This document shows, in pieces, positions 18,452 to 27,361 of a stretch of DNA of 46,708 nucleotides. Within the stretch, counting starts at the first letter, position 1; each line of letters begins with the position of its first letter. The stretch covers positions 1 to 46,708 of the forward strand of contig JBBDIV010000013.1 of the NCBI GenBank assembly GCA_040880225.1. Direction: 5' to 3'. The DNA comes from Gemmatimonadota bacterium. Lineage in GTDB: Bacteria; Gemmatimonadota; Gemmatimonadetes; Longimicrobiales; Gaopeijiaceae. Both the position numbers and the translations under genes were made by a program. The notes beneath the pieces are model-generated. The model was not told where the DNA came from. It saw nothing but the letters and a program-made list of their open reading frames with translations, and did no database searches.

Positions 18452-18726
18452 GCCGCGTCTCCGGTGTAGACGATCTGGTCAGCGACCCGCACGTCGAAGT
18501 CCTCCGTGACGGGATTCGCGAGAAGCTTCCGACACATCTCGCGTACCCGTTCGAGTGCTTCGGAGCGGTCGGTGGCGTCGATCTCGATGTCGATCACCTT
18601 GCCCACGCGCACCTCTGCCACACCGGAGAAGTCCAGGGACTGGAGGGCGTGGTGCACGGCTTTCCCCTCCGGGTCCAGCAGGCCGGGGCGGGGTTTGACA
18701 CGGATCTCCAGATGAAAGCGGGTCAA
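18448..18726 (-). CDS. purS: phosphoribosylformylglycinamidine synthase subunit PurS
   Basis: 92 aa with the VKPRPGLLDPEGKAVHHALQSLDF motif. Its TTG start overlaps the pssA stop (TTGA). Confidence 0.9.
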   Translation of the reverse strand: MTRFHLEIRVKPRPGLLDPEGKAVHHALQSLDFSGVAEVRVGKVIDIEIDATDRSEALERVREMCRKLLANPVTEDFDVRVADQIVYTGDAA

Positions 18727-19667
18727 CGTTTCTCCTCGGGGTCGTCGTCTGGATACGGGTCCGTCGGGGGCGGTGGAAACTCCGACGAAGGGGACTCGGG
18801 CGAACGATAACGATTCGGAGCGATCTCCCCGTAGTCCAGTTGCCGGATCTCGGCGCCTCCCTCGTCTGCATCCACCTCATCGAGGAGCGGATCGCGGTCG
18901 GGAAGGCGCTCCGCGAGGCCGAGCAGAGTGCTCCGGGAGACGCCCCACAGCGCATAGAGGCTGAGGAAAGGAAAGATGAAGTACTCCGGCACCGTCAGTG
19001 CCGCGACCGCGCAGGCCCCGAGAATCACGGTCACCGCCGAAGCGCGAGCACTGCGGAACGAAAGTCGAGGCACGATGGGGTAGGGAACGTGACTCAGCAT
19101 GACCAGCGACAGGAACACCAGCAACGCACCCACGGCCTGGGTCGAGACGACGTTGTCGAGGAGGGGAGCGATCGCCGGCGCGTTGGTGAAGGGGTAGATC
19201 GTGGCGACGATCATCCCGGCAGTCGGGGAAGGCAGCCCATGAAACGACCGCTTTGCGTGCCCTCCCTGCTCCACGTTGAAACGCGCCAGGCGAAGGACGA
19301 CGGCCGTGATGTAGAGGAACGAAACGAGCCAGCTCCAAGACTGATCCGCGAAGAAGAGCTCGTAGGTGACGAAGGCCGGTGCGACACCGAACGAGATCGC
19401 GTCCACGAGAGAGTCCAGCTCGGCTCCGAACTTCGAACCGGTCGCCGTGAACCGGGCGATCCGCCCGTCCAGCATGTCGAGCACCGCCGCAATCACGATG
19501 GACCAGGCGGCGAGATCGAAGTCTCCGCGCGCGGCAGACACGATGGCGTGCACACCGAGGAAGAGGTTTCCCAGCGTGAACGCGGATGGGAGGATGATGA
19601 TCCCACGCTGGAGCCGTCCCCGCTCCCGGACTCTACCCGTTGCGCTCTCTCGCTCGTTCACGGTCAT
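18723..19667 (-). CDS. pssA: CDP-diacylglycerol--serine O-phosphatidyltransferase (CDP-alcohol phosphatidyltransferase family)
   Basis: Starts at the internal ATG (complement of 19665-19667), which overlaps the purC stop (ATGA). It carries the CDP-alcohol motif DMLDGRIARF...GAELDSLVD and multiple TM helices. The substrate call (serine) is family-level inference. Confidence 0.8.
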   Translation of the reverse strand: MTVNERESATGRVRERGRLQRGIIILPSAFTLGNLFLGVHAIVSAARGDFDLAAWSIVIAAVLDMLDGRIARFTATGSKFGAELDSLVDAISFGVAPAFVTYELFFADQSWSWLVSFLYITAVVLRLARFNVEQGGHAKRSFHGLPSPTAGMIVATIYPFTNAPAIAPLLDNVVSTQAVGALLVFLSLVMLSHVPYPIVPRLSFRSARASAVTVILGACAVAALTVPEYFIFPFLSLYALWGVSRSTLLGLAERLPDRDPLLDEVDADEGGAEIRQLDYGEIAPNRYRSPESPSSEFPPPPTDPYPDDDPEEKR

Positions 19668-20647
19668 CCGGTCGTGGTCACAGGGTTGAAGGACGGAGGC
19701 TCGTAGGAGTCGAGTGGCGTTCGGGTCAGGCGCTCGAAAATCTCGAGGTACCGGAGGCTCGCCGCTTCCACGACGTCTGGATCGAGGTCCGGAGGCGGTG
19801 GAGTGCGATCCCAATCCGGGAGGGCGAAGAGCCAGTCGCGAATAGGCTGCTTGTCCAGCGACGGCGGCGGCGTCCCCTCCCGCCAGCTTTCAGCGGGCCA
19901 GTAGCGTGACGAGTCCGGGGTCAGGACCTCGTCGATGAGGAGGAGCTCTCCCGCGGGCGACTCGCCGAACTCGAACTTGGTGTCTGCCAGCAGGATTCCA
20001 CGGTCGAGCGCGGTCTCGCGACCCAGCGCGTAGATTTCGAACGCGAGGTCACGCATCCGCCGGGCCCGCGCCGGGCCGATGCGCTCCTCGACCTTGGAGA
20101 AGGGGATATTCTCGTCGTGCCCTTCCTCGGCCTTCGTGGCCGGGGAGAAAATCGGCGATGCCAGCTTCTGACTCTCACGGAGTCCGTCGGGCAGGGGTTC
20201 TCCGGCGAGCGTTCCGTGCTCCGCATACTCGAGCCAGGCGGAGCCCGAGAGATAGCCGCGCACCACGCATTCGACCGGGAGCGGGCGGGTCCGCCTCACC
20301 AGGAGGGAGCGGCGGGACCAATGGCCGGGGTCCGCGTCGGCCAGCGCAGGAACCCTGGCGAGGATCTCATCCGGACGGGCCGAGACGAGATGGTGCTCGA
20401 TTCGCCCGTGGAGGCGCTCCAGCCACCATGCGGTCAGGAGGGTCAGGACCTCGCCCTTGCGCGGGATCGGCTGCGGAAGCACCACATCGAACGCCGACAC
20501 CCGGTCCGAGGCCACCATGAGCAGGAGCTCGGGTCCCGCCTCGTACATCTCGCGGACCTTCCCGGCATGGAGGAGAGGGAGAGGGAGGTGCGATCGATCG
20601 AGTGGAGCCGCGCGGTTGCCGGTCGCGCCGCGCTCAGACCCGGACAT
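19664..20647 (-). CDS. purC: phosphoribosylaminoimidazole-succinocarboxamide (SAICAR) synthase
   Basis: Motifs GKVREMYEAGPELLLMVASDRVSAFD and LADTKFEFG. I placed the start at the second ATG (20647), which is preceded by a GGGGG SD-like run. An alternative ATG lies at 20668. Confidence 0.9.
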   Translation of the reverse strand: MSGSERGATGNRAAPLDRSHLPLPLLHAGKVREMYEAGPELLLMVASDRVSAFDVVLPQPIPRKGEVLTLLTAWWLERLHGRIEHHLVSARPDEILARVPALADADPGHWSRRSLLVRRTRPLPVECVVRGYLSGSAWLEYAEHGTLAGEPLPDGLRESQKLASPIFSPATKAEEGHDENIPFSKVEERIGPARARRMRDLAFEIYALGRETALDRGILLADTKFEFGESPAGELLLIDEVLTPDSSRYWPAESWREGTPPPSLDKQPIRDWLFALPDWDRTPPPPDLDPDVVEAASLRYLEIFERLTRTPLDSYEPPSFNPVTTTG

Positions 20648-22082
20648 CGGGTGCCCCCACGGCTTCATCGGCCTCGACTCCCAGACGGGCCAGCACCGGC
20701 TCGACCCAGTCCTCGAGGAAGCGGTCCACCTGCTCGGGCGCTCGCCCCACGAACCGGTCGGGGTCCAGAAGCCCGCGAACCTCCGCCTCCTCCATCCCGA
20801 AGGCTTCGTCGTCCGAGACCCGCTCCACGAGATCGCTCTCGCTGCCCAGCTTCATCTTGCGGGCCGCCTGGAACGCGTGCCGACGGATCCGCTCGTGCAG
20901 CTCCTGTCGGTCGCCGCCCCGTTCGACCGCGTGCATCAGCACGGTCTCCATGGCCATGAAGGGGAGGTGATGCTCGAGGTTGCGGCGTACCACCGCAGGG
21001 TGGACCTCGAGGTCGAGTGCAACGTTCTCGGCGAGCACGAGCGCTCCGTCCAGGGTCAGGAATGCGTCGGGGACTGAAAGCCTCCGGTTGGCTGAATCAT
21101 CCAGTGTCCGTTCGAGCCACTGTGTCGCTGCTGTGTTTGCGGGATCCTGGTAGAGCGTGATCACGTGCCGGCTCAGCGCGCAGATACGTTCCGCCCGCAT
21201 GGGATTCCGCTTGTAGGGCATGGCGGACGAGCCGATCTGTTCCTCTTCGAACGGCTCCTCCACCTCCTGTAGATGGGCCAGCAGGCGAAGGTCGTGACCG
21301 AATTTGGAAAGTGAGGCCGCCGTCCCGGCCAGGGTGCCCCCGATCGCCGCGTCCACCTTCCGGGGATAGGTCTGCCCGCTTACGCCGTAGGTGCGCTCGA
21401 AGCCCATGCGCTCGCCCACCCCGTGGTCCAGCTCCTCCACCTTGGAGTGGTCTCCGTGGAAGAGTTCCAGGAAGGACGCCTGAGTCCCGGTCGTTCCACG
21501 CACCCCGCGGAACCGCAGCTTCGCAAGGCGGAACTCCAGTTCCTCCAGGTCCAGGATCAGATCCTGGATCCAGAGAGTGGCGCGCTTTCCGACCGTCGTC
21601 GGCTGAGCCGGCTGGAAGTGGGTGTATCCCAGGGTAGGAAGGGCGCGATGCTCTCGCGCGAACTCGGACAGGGCCCGAACACAGCGTACGACCCGCGCAC
21701 GAACCAGACGAAGTGCATCGCGGTGCAGGATCAGGTCCGTGTTGTCGCCGATGAATGCCGATGTCGCTCCCAGGTGGATGATCTTCCGCGCGGAGGGAGC
21801 GACATCCCCGAACAGGTGCACGTGTGCCATGACGTCGTGTCGGAATCGCCGCTCATATCTGGCCGCGGTTTCGAGGTCGAGGTCGTCGAGGGTCGCCCGC
21901 ATCTCATCGATAGCTTCCTGCGGAATCCCCAGGCCGAGTTCCCGCTGGGACTCGGCGAGCGCCAGCCAGAGCCGGCGCCATGTCCCGAAGCGGTGGGCGG
22001 GAGAGAAGATGCCCTGCATCTCGAGGGATGCGTAGCGCTCGGTCAGGGGATGGACGTACCGGTTCGGGTCGGTCTGGGTCAC
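20634..22082 (-). CDS. purB: adenylosuccinate lyase
   Basis: 482 aa with fumarate-lyase family signatures (GSSAMPYKRNP) and the PurB N-terminal pattern PLTERYAS.EM..IFS. Confidence 0.95.
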   Translation of the reverse strand: MTQTDPNRYVHPLTERYASLEMQGIFSPAHRFGTWRRLWLALAESQRELGLGIPQEAIDEMRATLDDLDLETAARYERRFRHDVMAHVHLFGDVAPSARKIIHLGATSAFIGDNTDLILHRDALRLVRARVVRCVRALSEFAREHRALPTLGYTHFQPAQPTTVGKRATLWIQDLILDLEELEFRLAKLRFRGVRGTTGTQASFLELFHGDHSKVEELDHGVGERMGFERTYGVSGQTYPRKVDAAIGGTLAGTAASLSKFGHDLRLLAHLQEVEEPFEEEQIGSSAMPYKRNPMRAERICALSRHVITLYQDPANTAATQWLERTLDDSANRRLSVPDAFLTLDGALVLAENVALDLEVHPAVVRRNLEHHLPFMAMETVLMHAVERGGDRQELHERIRRHAFQAARKMKLGSESDLVERVSDDEAFGMEEAEVRGLLDPDRFVGRAPEQVDRFLEDWVEPVLARLGVEADEAVGAPDVRV

Positions 22083-22092
22083 GTGCGGTCGC

Positions 22093-23604
22093 TCAACGTC
22101 CGAGGATGAAGTCCTGGGTCAGGTAGCCCTGATTCCGCTCGATGTGCAATCGGAGCCTGGTCCCGGCCGGCACCTGTCGCAAGAGTTCGGACAGGTCCTC
22201 GGCGCTACGGATCCCACGGTTGTTGAGGCCGAGGATCACGTCCCCCTCGCGCAGCCCGAGGATGGACTGGAGCTGCGGGGAGATCCCCGTGACGAGGGCT
22301 CCCTGGTCCGCCGACAGCCCACGCTCGCTCCGGATACCCTCGGAAACCGACACGAGCTCGAGATCCTCGAAAACCCGGATGCGTTCGGCCCTGAGGGAGG
22401 GGAATTCTTCCGCGAGGAGGCTGGTCTCGCCGCTCACGTCGTCGAGCGTCAGGCCCACCTGATCGCCGGCCCGAAGGTCGAGGAGAACGGCCTCGAAGTC
22501 GAGGGGAGATACCAGGCGGACCCCGCGCAGCGTCAGCAGGCGGGTCCCCTCCCGGATTCCGGCCCGGGCCGCCGGGGACCCAGGTACGACGCGTGCCACC
22601 CGCACCCCACGCGTACGACCGAAGGGGTCGGCTGCCTCCGGCTCCACCTCCAGCCCCAACCAGGCGCGCCGCACCTCACCGTGCGCTACCAGGTCGTCAG
22701 CGATGCGGAGCGCGCGCTCGATGGGGATCGCGAAGCCCATCCCCTCGCTCCCGCCACTCCGCGAGAAGATGGAAGCATTCATTCCGACCACCTCGCCCGC
22801 GGCATTCACCAGTGGTCCTCCCGAGTTCCCGGGGTTGATGGCGGCGTCCGTCTGGATCATCCCCAGGTAGAAGCCCCGGTCCTCCTGGGACGGTACGATG
22901 TGGCGCCCCACCGCCGAGACCACCCCCACGGTCACCGTGGGCTCGGGGTTCGAGATCATGCTTCCGAACGGGTTTCCGAAGGCGATCACCCATTCCCCGA
23001 TGCGCAGGTCCGTCGTTCGCCCGATCGGGACTGTGGGAAGATCTTCGCGGTCCACCTGGAGGACCGCCACATCCGCCACCTCGTCCGTGCCCACGAGCTC
23101 CGCCTCGGCGTCCGTTCCGTCGGGGAACGTCACCAGAATTCGCTCGGCCCCTCGCACCACGTGATCGTTCGTGAGGACGATCCCGGATTCGTCGATCACG
23201 AACCCTGATCCGAGCGACGGCACGAGTTGCTGCGTGGTTCGACCGCCCAAGGAACCGAAGGGGAAGAAGTCGTCCCAGAATGGGTCGCGCGTCCGTATCT
23301 GCTGGGTTCGGAGCACGTTCACCGCCACGACCGCGGGCGCGATCCGCTCCGAGGCACGCACCACCGCGGTCTCGCGGCTCGCGGTAAGGTCGCTGTCGCG
23401 GGACTCGGTTCCGGCCCGGCCGGGCGTGGAGGGGACCTGGGGGGAGTATGGGAGGTCGGATCCCGGGGCCACCGAGACTGCGGCGTCGGATCCAATGTCG
23501 GGGGCACCCGAGGCCCACCCGGGCCGTTCACCGCACGCGACCAGCAACGGCATGATCGCCGCGAGTGTGGTGATCCATCGTGGGATGCGAGTCGATCGTT
23601 TCAT
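22093..23604 (-). CDS. htrA: HtrA/DegP-family periplasmic serine protease with two PDZ domains
   Basis: I placed the start at the ATG preceded by GGAGGAGGAAACA (a strong SD). It has a signal/lipobox-like N-terminus (MPLLVACG) and the catalytic motifs TNDHVV and GNSGGPL, followed by two PDZ-like regions. Confidence 0.9.
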   Translation of the reverse strand: MKRSTRIPRWITTLAAIMPLLVACGERPGWASGAPDIGSDAAVSVAPGSDLPYSPQVPSTPGRAGTESRDSDLTASRETAVVRASERIAPAVVAVNVLRTQQIRTRDPFWDDFFPFGSLGGRTTQQLVPSLGSGFVIDESGIVLTNDHVVRGAERILVTFPDGTDAEAELVGTDEVADVAVLQVDREDLPTVPIGRTTDLRIGEWVIAFGNPFGSMISNPEPTVTVGVVSAVGRHIVPSQEDRGFYLGMIQTDAAINPGNSGGPLVNAAGEVVGMNASIFSRSGGSEGMGFAIPIERALRIADDLVAHGEVRRAWLGLEVEPEAADPFGRTRGVRVARVVPGSPAARAGIREGTRLLTLRGVRLVSPLDFEAVLLDLRAGDQVGLTLDDVSGETSLLAEEFPSLRAERIRVFEDLELVSVSEGIRSERGLSADQGALVTGISPQLQSILGLREGDVILGLNNRGIRSAEDLSELLRQVPAGTRLRLHIERNQGYLTQDFILGR

Positions 23605-23717
23605 TGTTTCCTCCTCCTTCTTCCTCTCCGGGGCTCGCACACCGGGAACCTTCGCTCTGGCTCCGGACGGGGCCGGGTGCTCGGCGCCTCGAAGGGCGCA
23701 GAAGAGACGTCGTCGCG

Positions 23718-24374
23718 TCAGAGGGACTTCCCCAGAGACTCCCAGTCCTGGAGGAAGGCCTCGAGTCCCCGATCGGTCAGCGGGTGCTTCATGAGTTGGT
23801 ACAGCACTTTCGGGGGAAGGGTCGCGCAGTCCGACCCGATGAGCATCGCCTCGAGCACATGGCGGGGGTGCCGCAGGGAAGCGGCCAGGATCTCGGTCTC
23901 GATCTCGTACTCGTCGTACACGGTCCGGATCTCGCGCACGAGTTCCATCCCATCCTGCCCCACATCGTCCAGCCGTCCTACGAACGGGGAGATGTAGGAG
24001 GCGCCCGCCTTCGCCGCGAGGAGAGCCTGGGCGGTCGAGAAACAGAGTGTGACGTTGACCCGGATCTCCTCGGACCGGAGCATTCGGCAGGCACGGAGCC
24101 CCGCTTCGGTGAGCGGAACCTTCACCACGATGTTCTCGTGAAGGCCCGCCAGGCGCCGTCCTTCCTCGATCATTCCCTCGGTGTCGACCGCGACCACCTC
24201 GGCGGAAATCGGGCCGTCCACGATCTGGCAGATCTCGACGAACACCTCACGCGGTTCTCGGCCGCCCGCCGACTTCGAAAGCAGGGACGGGTTCGTCGTG
24301 ATTCCGTCGATGAGGCCTGCGTCGGCAGCTCTGCGGATGTCGTCCAGGTCGGCGGTGTCGAGGAAGATCTTCAT
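23718..24374 (-). CDS. tal: transaldolase / fructose-6-phosphate aldolase (short TalC/FSA type)
   Basis: Starts at the internal ATG ([15 protein letters not shown]...), giving 218 aa. It carries the motifs TTNPSL and VKVP. Its start overlaps the truA stop (ATGA at 24371-24374). Confidence 0.92.
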   Translation of the reverse strand: MKIFLDTADLDDIRRAADAGLIDGITTNPSLLSKSAGGREPREVFVEICQIVDGPISAEVVAVDTEGMIEEGRRLAGLHENIVVKVPLTEAGLRACRMLRSEEIRVNVTLCFSTAQALLAAKAGASYISPFVGRLDDVGQDGMELVREIRTVYDEYEIETEILAASLRHPRHVLEAMLIGSDCATLPPKVLYQLMKHPLTDRGLEAFLQDWESLGKSL

Positions 24375-25195
24375 CGGCTCGGAGTGTGGGAGGTAGAGGG
24401 ATCGTGATCGGGGTGTTCGCCCCATCGATCGGGGGGGTACTCCACCCGGGCCAGGAAGAGCCCTTCCGGTGGTGCGGGGGGAGAAGTGTCGATCGGCGCG
24501 TCTGGGTCGTGCAGGAGTGTGTCCATCTCGGCGATCGATCTGCGGCCGCGCGCCACGTCGACCATCGTGCCCACGAGGTAGCGGACCATGCGGTGTAGGT
24601 ATCGGTTGGCTCGAATCTCGAAACGATAGCCGATTTCGCCCCAAGGGGCCCAGCTCGCCGCCTGCACCACACTCCGGGTCCCTCGCTCGGGCTGGCCGGC
24701 CTTTGCGAAGCTACCGAAGCAGCGATCGCCCGGGATCCGTTCGGCGCAGGCGGACAGGAGAGCGAGCTCGGGTGGGTTGTCGGACGCATCCCAGCACCAG
24801 CGCCGGTGGAACGGTGAGCCCGCGTCCTGCACCACCCCGATCCGGTATTCGTACGTTCGGGACACCGGGTGGAAGCGAGGATGGAAGTCCGCGGGGACTC
24901 GGCGTACCTCCTTCAACCAGACCTCGGTGGGAAGCAGAGCGTTCATGGACCGGCGCAACTCGACTGCACTCCACTTTGCGGGGACGTCGACCGACGCGAC
25001 CTGACCCAGCGCGTGGACCCCTCGGTCTGTCCTCCCCGACCCGACGACGGCCCGGCGTTCCCCGGTGATGCGCTCGAGCACGGCTTCCAACTCGCCCTGG
25101 ACCGTACGCTGGGCGGGCTGAAACTGCCATCCATGGAATGGAGAACCGTCGTACTGGACGGTGAGCGAGTACCGGTGGAGCTCCCGGGAAGTCAC
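24371..25195 (-). CDS. truA: tRNA pseudouridine(38-40) synthase
   Basis: 274 aa with a GTG start and the motifs [12 protein letters not shown] and [13 protein letters not shown] (catalytic Asp). Confidence 0.93.
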   Translation of the reverse strand: MTSRELHRYSLTVQYDGSPFHGWQFQPAQRTVQGELEAVLERITGERRAVVGSGRTDRGVHALGQVASVDVPAKWSAVELRRSMNALLPTEVWLKEVRRVPADFHPRFHPVSRTYEYRIGVVQDAGSPFHRRWCWDASDNPPELALLSACAERIPGDRCFGSFAKAGQPERGTRSVVQAASWAPWGEIGYRFEIRANRYLHRMVRYLVGTMVDVARGRRSIAEMDTLLHDPDAPIDTSPPAPPEGLFLARVEYPPDRWGEHPDHDPSTSHTPSR

Positions 25196-25201
25196 GCGGA
25201 A

Positions 25202-25229
25202 AAGGTAGGTTGGACGGGATCGGTGTCAA
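25202..25229 (-). promoter_or_regulatory. candidate sigma70-type promoter of truA (TTGACA-N16-TACCTT), 6 nt from the GTG start
   Basis: On the minus strand the -35 TTGACA is the complement of 25224-25229, and the -10 TACCTT is the complement of 25202-25207. Only 6 nt separate the -10 from the truA GTG, which implies a leaderless or near-leaderless mRNA. Confidence 0.4.
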
Positions 25230-25260
25230 GCCGAGACAGGCCCCGGCGCAGGGTTCGGAA

Positions 25261-25289
25261 TTGACCCCTCCTCAGGCCCTCTGTAGCCT
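25261..25289 (+). promoter_or_regulatory. candidate sigma70-type promoter of trpD (TTGACC-N17-TAGCCT)
   Basis: Hexamers at 25261-25266 and 25284-25289, back-to-back with the truA promoter candidate. It would give a leader of roughly 180 nt before the trpD ATG at 25478. Confidence 0.35.
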
Positions 25290-25477
25290 CAGTGCACGTC
25301 CGCATGGGCGCCGGATCGGGTCTGTGTGGCCGGAGGCTCGACCATAGGGGCCCGGAGAAGCTCCGCACGACTCGGGGGCGCATTCGCACAGGACCCACCG
25401 GCGTTTGGGCTCGGGGCCCGCTCGCTTGGGGTAGCCGCACCAGGCTGACGCCGACACGAAAAGGGGATTCTGCCGAG

Positions 25478-26524
25478 ATGGAATTGACATCGATGATCGC
25501 CCGGGCTTCGGAGGGACACGATCTCACGGCCGAGGAGGCCGAATCCGCATTCCATGAAATCATGTCCGGGCGGGCCACACCGGTTCAGACGTCCGCCCTT
25601 CTCGTGGCTCTGCGGACCAAGGGCCATGCGCCGTCCGAGGTCGCAGGTGGAGTCCGCGCGCTCCGTCGTGCCATGGTGCCGGTCGAGACGGTCCCGGGCA
25701 CCACGGTCGTGGACACGTGCGGGACCGGTGGCGGTAGCGTCACGACGTTCAATATCTCCACGGCAGCGGCCCTGGTGGCCGCGGCCGCCGGAGTGCCGAT
25801 CGCCAAGCACGGGAACCGATCGTTCACCTCGAAGAGCGGCAGCGCCGACGTGCTGGAGGCGCTGGGGGTCGAGATTCAGCTCACCCCGGGGGCCATGGCC
25901 CGGGTGCTTGCGCGCGTCGGGATCGTCTTCATGTTCGCGCCCCTCCTGCATCCCGCCATGCGTCATGTCGGTCCGGTGCGTCGCGAGCTCGCCATCCCGA
26001 CGATCATGAACGTGCTCGGGCCCCTCACCAACCCGGCCGGGGTTCGCCGTCAGGTGGTCGGGGTTTCCCAACCCGAGCTCCTACCCCTTCTGATTCGGGC
26101 CCTCGAGGAGCTCGGCCACGAGCGGGCCCTCGTCGTGCACGGCGCTCCCGGGATGGACGAGATCAGTCCACTGGGGCCTACTCGGGTGGCCGAGCTCGGT
26201 CCCGAGGGCGTAAGCGAGTACGAGATCCACCCCGAGGACTTCGGGCTTTCGGTCCCCGATCGAGGAGAGCTCGTGGGAGGATTGCCGGAAGAGAATGCGC
26301 GGGTCATACAGGGGGTGATTTCGGGGACGGATCGGGGCGGAGCGCGAACGGTCACGCTTCTGAACGCGGCCGCGGCACTCTACGTCGCGGACGCCGTCGA
26401 CGACCTCGCCGAGGGTCTGGTCCGGGCGGGGGACGTCCTGGACTCCGGCGCCGCGCGTGATACGCTCGAATCGCTGCGTCGGGAATCGGCCCTGGCGGCC
26501 GCGGACGAGTCCAAGGAGGGATGA
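25478..26524 (+). CDS. trpD: anthranilate phosphoribosyltransferase
   Basis: Starts at the internal ATG (MELTSMIARASEGHDLTAEEAESAFHEIMSG), preceded by AAAGGGGA. It carries the motifs DTCGTGGGS and AKHGNRS. The 62-codon upstream extension in the ORF track is Arg-rich and unlike TrpD. Confidence 0.93.
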   Translation: MELTSMIARASEGHDLTAEEAESAFHEIMSGRATPVQTSALLVALRTKGHAPSEVAGGVRALRRAMVPVETVPGTTVVDTCGTGGGSVTTFNISTAAALVAAAAGVPIAKHGNRSFTSKSGSADVLEALGVEIQLTPGAMARVLARVGIVFMFAPLLHPAMRHVGPVRRELAIPTIMNVLGPLTNPAGVRRQVVGVSQPELLPLLIRALEELGHERALVVHGAPGMDEISPLGPTRVAELGPEGVSEYEIHPEDFGLSVPDRGELVGGLPEENARVIQGVISGTDRGGARTVTLLNAAAALYVADAVDDLAEGLVRAGDVLDSGAARDTLESLRRESALAAADESKEG

Positions 26525-26682
26525 CGCGGCTCCAGAGGATTGCGGATGACGGCGGCGAGCCGCCAGGGGCCGGGGAAGGGACGGGTGTCCTGCCCGGGAG
26601 CCACCACGAGCTTCGAAGTCTGTCCGCGAAGGGATCCGGCGACGAATGGGATTCGCATTGTTCTTCTCTCGTTGATCGGGGG

Positions 26683-27291
26683 TCAGTACCGACGAATGAC
26701 GCCGACCACGACGCCCTGGACCGTGATTCGGTCGGGATCGAAATACATGGGCTCGAGCGCTTCGTTGGCGGGCTGCAGACGGACCCTCCCATCCCGCTCG
26801 CGATAGAGCTTCTTCACGGTGGCCGAGTCGCCGTCGACGAGGGCGACGACCATCTCTCCTTCTTCGGCGGTCGACCGGCTGTTGACGATGATGTAGTCCC
26901 CGTCCCGGATCTGCTCCTCGATCATCGAGTCCCCGGTGACGCGGAGGACATAGTTCTCGCCTCCCTTCCGAAGAAGGTCGGGGGGGACCAGAATCGTCTC
27001 CTGGTCCTGCACGGCCTCAATGGGTTGACCGGCGGCGACCTCCCCCAGGAGGGGAAGCTCGATTCCCGCGGGCGTGGCGACACCTCGAACCAGCTCGATG
27101 GACCGACTCTGGTTGTACGCCTTCCGGATGTAGCCCTTCCGTTCGAGATTACTTACATGTTCGTGCACGGTCGCGAGCGAGGTGTAGCCGAAGAAGTCGG
27201 CGATCTCCTCGAAACTCGGTGCGTACCCGTGGATGTCGATGTAGCCGCTGATGTGATCCAGGATCTCTTTCTGTCGTCTGGTGAGAGCCAT
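26683..27291 (-). CDS. lexA: LexA repressor
   Basis: Starts at MALTRRQKEILDHISGYIDIHGYAPSFEEIADFF (winged HTH). It has the self-cleavage region LPLLGEVAAGQP and the Ser/Lys peptidase S24 motifs (RVTGDSM..., VVALVDGDSATVKKL). Length is 202 aa. Confidence 0.93.
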   Translation of the reverse strand: MALTRRQKEILDHISGYIDIHGYAPSFEEIADFFGYTSLATVHEHVSNLERKGYIRKAYNQSRSIELVRGVATPAGIELPLLGEVAAGQPIEAVQDQETILVPPDLLRKGGENYVLRVTGDSMIEEQIRDGDYIIVNSRSTAEEGEMVVALVDGDSATVKKLYRERDGRVRLQPANEALEPMYFDPDRITVQGVVVGVIRRY

Positions 27292-27313
27292 CGTCGTCTC
27301 CGCTGACGGAATC

Positions 27314-27361
27314 CCGAACAGGAACCGAAGCAAGGATACCCGAAGGTTGCCCGAAATGCAA
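27314..27361. promoter_or_regulatory. lexA/trpC divergent control region: four phased CCGAA repeats overlapping a candidate lexA promoter (TTGCAT-N17-TATCCT, minus strand)
   Basis: CCGAA occurs at 27314, 27325, 27340 and 27351 (spacings 11, 15, 11). It can be read as GAAC-N7-GAAG (27316-27330) and GAAG-N7-GAAA (27342-27356). On the minus strand the -35 is the complement of 27356-27361 (which overlaps the trpC ATG) and the -10 is the complement of 27333-27338. Confidence 0.3.

Noticed and set aside
25292-25477. A Trp-codon leader peptide or attenuator, a T-box, or an N-terminal extension of TrpD.
   Set aside because: The leader has no tandem TGG codons (only two isolated Trp codons in an Arg-rich frame). 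It has no terminator stem followed by a T-tract and no T-box (GGGTGGTACCGCG-like) sequence. The extension is unlike TrpD N-termini.
26643-26672. An intrinsic terminator after trpD (CGAAT-GGG-ATTCG followed by a T-rich stretch).
   Set aside because: The stem is only 5 bp and the T-tract is interrupted. It is plausible but not supportable without folding energies or 3'-end data.
27292-27355. A classical palindromic LexA box (CTGT-N8-ACAG, or the Cheo box GAAC-N4-GTTC) upstream of lexA.
   Set aside because: No such palindrome is present. GAACAGGAACC is not self-complementary. Only direct-repeat candidates remain, and these are reported with low confidence.
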